A model generated the notes under the pieces. The model worked only from the letters and a program-made list of their open reading frames with translations, had not been told where the DNA came from and did not search any database. A program made the translations under genes and the position numbers. 39,830 bases of DNA from assembly GCA_009602735.1 (NCBI GenBank), contig WELA01003517.1, forward strand, positions 304,900 to 344,729. Reading direction: 5' to 3'. Below, in pieces: positions 35,401 through 39,830 of the stretch (position 1 is the first letter of the stretch; each line of letters starts with the position of its first letter). Source of the stretch: Mesotaenium endlicherianum (lineage: Eukaryota).

Positions 35401-38400
35401 TCATCACGAACGACACCCTGCACGCGCACGCACCCGGCCATCATGCACGCCAGCGGCCATCCACAAGCAGCAAGCACCCAGCGGCACAGCAACACAGCAG
35501 TCAGCCTCTGCGTGTGCTCAAGTCACAAGTAGATTTGGACCTAGAGGGGGGGGGCGGGGGGGGTTGGGTAGACCTACTTTTTCTTATGTTGCAACTTGTT
35601 TTGGAAGAGAAGCTTGCAAATTAGGTTAAAAAGGTTACGTGCTGTCCTTGGGTGCAAGCTTGCTGAGGTCTCCATACATTGGCACGGAGTTCCATGCAGC
35701 ACCTATGTGAGAGAGAGAGAGGGGGGGCACTATATTGGTGGCCGTAGTTGAAGCATGGCAGGAGCGGACAGCTGGGGCTGCGAAGCAAGCTCGCGTGCTT
35801 ACGGATTGGGCAGGGGCAAGCTTCTACACACAGGACGGTGAAGGGGGAGGCGGGGCTAGGGGGCCGCACCAGAGCGCGATGCCGAGCACCATGATGCCGA
35901 TGGAGACGCTGTCAATGAAGTTCCAGTAGTTGAGGAAGTGCGCCATGTAGGACCCGTTGCGCTTCTTGTAGCGGCGCAGCTCGCGCAACTCCTCCCAGAT
36001 GTTGACGGCCACGCCCACCACGAAGATGATCTCCAGGCCCAGGCGCACCCAGTCCTTGGTGGTGCGGTACAGCTCCAGCGAGATGGACTCCACGTTGTAC
36101 GTCACCGCCACCTTGCCGCCCACCTGTGTCAGCATCGTCACCATTGAGTTGGTGAACACATGGCTCTGCCCTGCGCGCCCCACGTCACAGCACGCACCCC
36201 GCCCACACACCCATACACACACACACCAACATGCACACGCACACAGGTGTCAGCAGGCATGCGCACTTGCACACAGAAGGGGGAGCTCGTATGCAGCAAA
36301 AGGCAGAAGCGCACACATGGCACCAGGGGGGACTCGTGGCACTTCTACAGGGCAGACCTTGTGCATGTGTGCATTCTGGGAGAGAGCATGGGGATGCCTT
36401 GAACTTCTGTGTGCTGCTTGTTACGGCCGAAAATCCGGCACCCACGCCATTCTGTGTGTGAATGGACAAAAGTACGCATATTCTCCGTACAAGTTTTGCG
36501 ATCCGAATGGCGTGTGGGCTCCACGGTTTGTCCAAACCCTTGGTCAAAGGCATTAGCCCAGACCCAGCCCCCGCCCTCTTCCCCCTCCCCACCCCCTTCT
36601 TGAGGCTTGTAAGGTCCCACATACACTCATACGGTGCCAGCTTGCTCTCAATAGCCTGAAAGCTAAACCTTAGCCGCATCTCACATAAGCTGAGAGGTTA
36701 GCAGGGGCGGGCTCGCACCTGTTCACCCACACAGCTACACGACAAACAGTTTGCGCGCAGATGGCGGCCTGACAGCAGGCAAGACACGTGGCGGCACACG
36801 GCGAGAAGCGGCAGCACATGGCTGACTCTCACCGTTGTAGGTGACGAGCTGCACCCGGAGCTCCTTGGTGGCGTTGTCCACGAAGAAGCCGTCGATGAGG
36901 TACTGCAGGGAGTACGTGGCCTGGTAGTTGTTAAGGTTCATGTCGAATATGTAGGAGTATATGTTCTTGAAGTCCTGCAGCAGGCGCGCATTCGATCCAA
37001 GCGAACGCAGATTAGCCCACGTACGTTAGCTCATAACGCGCCTGGCGGCAAGTGACTCCAACTTTGTGCTGCCCCCTGACGAGATACGCAGCGTGAAGAC
37101 TTTCAGGATCCAGGTACGTCCTCTGACCAACAGGTGCGAACGAAGAGACCACGCGACGACAGCACCTCGCGAGCTTGCTCTGAACTCCCTGCGTTCTCAT
37201 CATACAGAGAGCGGGAATGCAAGCCTGCACCCTGTACGCTGCTGCATGCTCGCTCGTCCAAGTCGGCCGAGAATGCTTCAGAGCCAAGCCAGGCGCACGG
37301 GGGACACAAGAAGGCCCCCCTCCCTCAGAGCCGTTGCAATCAGCTATGACAACTACATGCACTAGGACCCAGTTTTGGGAGAGAAGACCGCGGAGGCAAA
37401 CCGAGAAAGGGGGCCGGGACTGCATGGGATTGAGGAGGAAGTCAGACTCGGGGCGCACCCTGGTGGGCCGCGAGGAGAAGCCGTATGGCAGGCCCACTTC
37501 GTTGAGTGACCCGTTCTGGAAGTGCAGGGGGATGTCGGCTGCGAGGTTTGCGTCGTACAGCACGGAACTGGGCAGGTACACGGGGTTCACCCCGAAGGGC
37601 TCGCTGGACACCCCGCTGGTGCAGTCCGGGAAGATGGACTTGAACCTGCCACGTCAGCGCCGCCACGCCATCAGCAGGGGTGACACGTCGTCAGCGGAGG
37701 TGCCGCATTATCAGCACCGCTGCTGCAGGCTGCTTGCTGGAGCCGAGCTGCGCTGACAACAGAGAAAGCAGCAGCAGCAGGGCATGCGTTCCACATGCGT
37801 GTGCAAGCACGTGCTTGTGCCATGCGGCACAGAAATGCTCCCTGCGCGCGCGCTTGCGTCATTTCTTACAGGAAGGCGCTGCTCTCTCCACTCGTGTAAC
37901 GGACTGTGGAGGCAAGGAGAGCACTTGGCACACGTCCTCCGTTCATCCAGACATTGGCGCAATTGACCTGTCGCTCATCATACAGCGGCTTGGCCAGCAC
38001 AAAGTGCATCATCGCAATGAGCAAATGGGAGAGAGAGCTGCCTTTGTCCGCCTGCCTTAACGCACACATCATGCATGAAGCATTTTGTATGAAAGAAAGA
38101 GGGGGGNCAGGAGCCTGCCCCCTCCTCCCCCCCAACACACACACACACAGTGATGAGGCAATCAGACTATGCGATGCATTGTCCTTCCCTGGGGGCCTGC
38201 ACGCGAGGGCAAGCTTAGAAGCCACGACGGGTGCAGCTGGGTCCTCGTGCTGGATGGTCATGGACTACTAAATATCCCTTGTTCCAGTATATCGTGGGCA
38301 AGTCACACAGTGCCACCTCCTCAATATGGTAGGTCCCTCAAATGCCACATAACCTGTGCAAGGCCGTAGGCCCATTTCGGCAGCCCCAAACTGGCATACT

Positions 38401-39625
38401 TGCGGAGGGGTGGGTGAGTGGGTGGATAGGTGTGCGCGTGCATAAGTTTGAGTGTGTGCATGAGCGTGTGAGTGAGAAATGTGGACAGAGAGAGAGGGAG
38501 AGAGGCAGAGAGAGAAAGAGGCAGAGAAAGAAAGGGCGCGAGCAGGCTGTGGCCACACCGGTTGTGCTGCGCGATGTAGCGGGCCAGCGTGATGTTCTCC
38601 TTGGGGATGAAGGCGGCATCCGTGACCTCCAGGTTGGGGCCGTACGTGCGCAGCGGGAACGAGAAGTTGAGGCCGGTGCCGATCGTGTTGGCTTGGCAGC
38701 AGGCTGCCTCGATGCGTGCGTGCATGCCACCCCGACCCCAAACAGCCCTTGCTTTGTCAGCGGGGGTCGCCCTGAGCCTGCAGCAGTTATGGGATTGTGC
38801 GCCCCGCTCCAAATGCTGGCGCACGTATACTCACACAACAGCTGGCACGCGGAAAGACACTGGACAGCCGACTCGGGAAAGCCACTCGTGTCGCTCTCTC
38901 TCTCTCACGTGTTCAATTGGCAAAAGCGTCTAGCACTCCTGCGAACTTGAGACCCGTGGGAAGAGCTTTGCAGGCGAGCCCCAAGCACAACGAGGTTTGC
39001 CCACCAGTGCACACTCAGCATTGAGAGGCCACATGCGTTTCGGCACAGCCGCGCGAGCTCTTGATGCCTGACCCTAGCCGCGGTCGCACACACCCTGACC
39101 AACTCTTGAACTTTCTGCTCAAGCACCTTCGCCGTTCCATGTCAGCCCCACTTGAAGCCCAGAGGGGTAGCCGGAGCTTCCACTGCAAACACTGAGAACC
39201 CTCCTCTGCAGGCTATGGCCCGACCGCAGCATAGCACCGTGATAGCTTGGCGTGGGAGGGACAGCTTGCATGCGGTGTCAGCGCTACGTGAACCTCCTCG
39301 ACACTCGCTGTGCGTCGGTCTCGTTCCTACAGGAACCGACCAAAAGAAGCACGCGCGATGTATGCAGTGCGGGCGTGCTCGAGCAAGGAAGGCAAGAGGA
39401 GCCCGTGGACGGCGGGGTGACGAGGCGGAAGGGCTCACCTCCGTCACTGCCGTGCGTCTGGCCGAAGGGGCAGGAGCAGATGGCGTGGCCGTACACGTTG
39501 GCGGAGCACGAGCAGTCGCCGCCGTCGAACGCGCACGCCTCGTTGTTGCACTCCGAGTTGCAGATGCCGTTGAAGAGCATGGAGTAGTAGCACCCCGACG
39601 CGCACTGCGTGGGCGCCGTCACTCC
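30768..39625 (-). CDS. PKD2: Polycystin-2-like (TRPP) cation channel with extracellular LNR/Cys-rich module; 5' end lies beyond the window
   Basis: Exons 39625-39439, 38703-38559, [possible exon lost at N38107], 37645-37459, 36974-36833, 36170-35870, 35417-35220, 34818-34638, 34024-33824 (GC donor), 33386-33234, 32693-32535, 31639-31496, candidate 31213-31172, 30995-30768. Polycystin features: GFFVDNATKELRVQLVTYN, YWNFID, LRILKLMDFQPRMGIITRTL, FVGYATFGHLVFG, FVLLNLVVAIVIDAFMEVK, and a C-terminal coiled-coil-like tail. Confidence 0.88.
31593..32421. repeat. ~414-bp near-identical tandem duplication either side of N32006 (probably an unmerged contig overlap or haplotype pair)
   Basis: 31593-32005 is repeated at 32007-32421 and differs only around the (CA)n tract end (cacg vs catg). 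The copies abut a single N. Confidence 0.9.
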
Positions 39626-39791
39626 CTGCCGGTTTGCCACCTCGTGGCGCTGCTCTGCAGCACCAAGCGGGCGAACAGTGGGGCGTATTGGCTTGGGCAG
39701 TGGCTTGGGCCGCTGGAGGGGCGGAAGAGAGGGCCCTGGCTGACCCACGCGGGAGGCCTGCCTGGCGCAAGCAGCGGGAGAGAGGATGCCA

Positions 39792-39824
<33 letters not shown>

Positions 39825-39830
39825 GGGGGG

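Overview
Eukaryotic, intron-rich draft-assembly DNA with one 831-nt N gap and four single-N joins. It is most consistent with a streptophyte (charophyte-grade) green alga. This is an inference from plant-type SEC23A and PTS1-ending polyamine oxidase sequences occurring alongside a TRPP channel and a cap-methyltransferase-like gene, families generally absent from land plants. Five spliced genes can be built by hand: (1) SEC23A-type COPII subunit (+, 842-9717); (2) RNF113A/Cwc24 splicing factor (-, 13933-12356); (3) DHX57/YLR419W-like DExH helicase with an N-terminal C2H2 finger (+, 14788-25605); (4) FtsJ/RrmJ-fold cap 2'-O-methyltransferase-like gene resembling the stand-alone giant-virus type (-, ~29387-25986); (5) a 5'-truncated polycystin-2-like channel with an extracellular LNR module (-, >39625-30768). 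Also present are an intact orphan last exon of a peroxisomal polyamine oxidase inside the helicase intron, a possible micro-exon gene downstream of RNF113A, and a recurring C-rich 5' / G- or UG-rich 3' intron polarity. Most entries in the six-frame ORF track are microsatellite or antisense artefacts. All family assignments come from motif recognition by eye; no searches were run.
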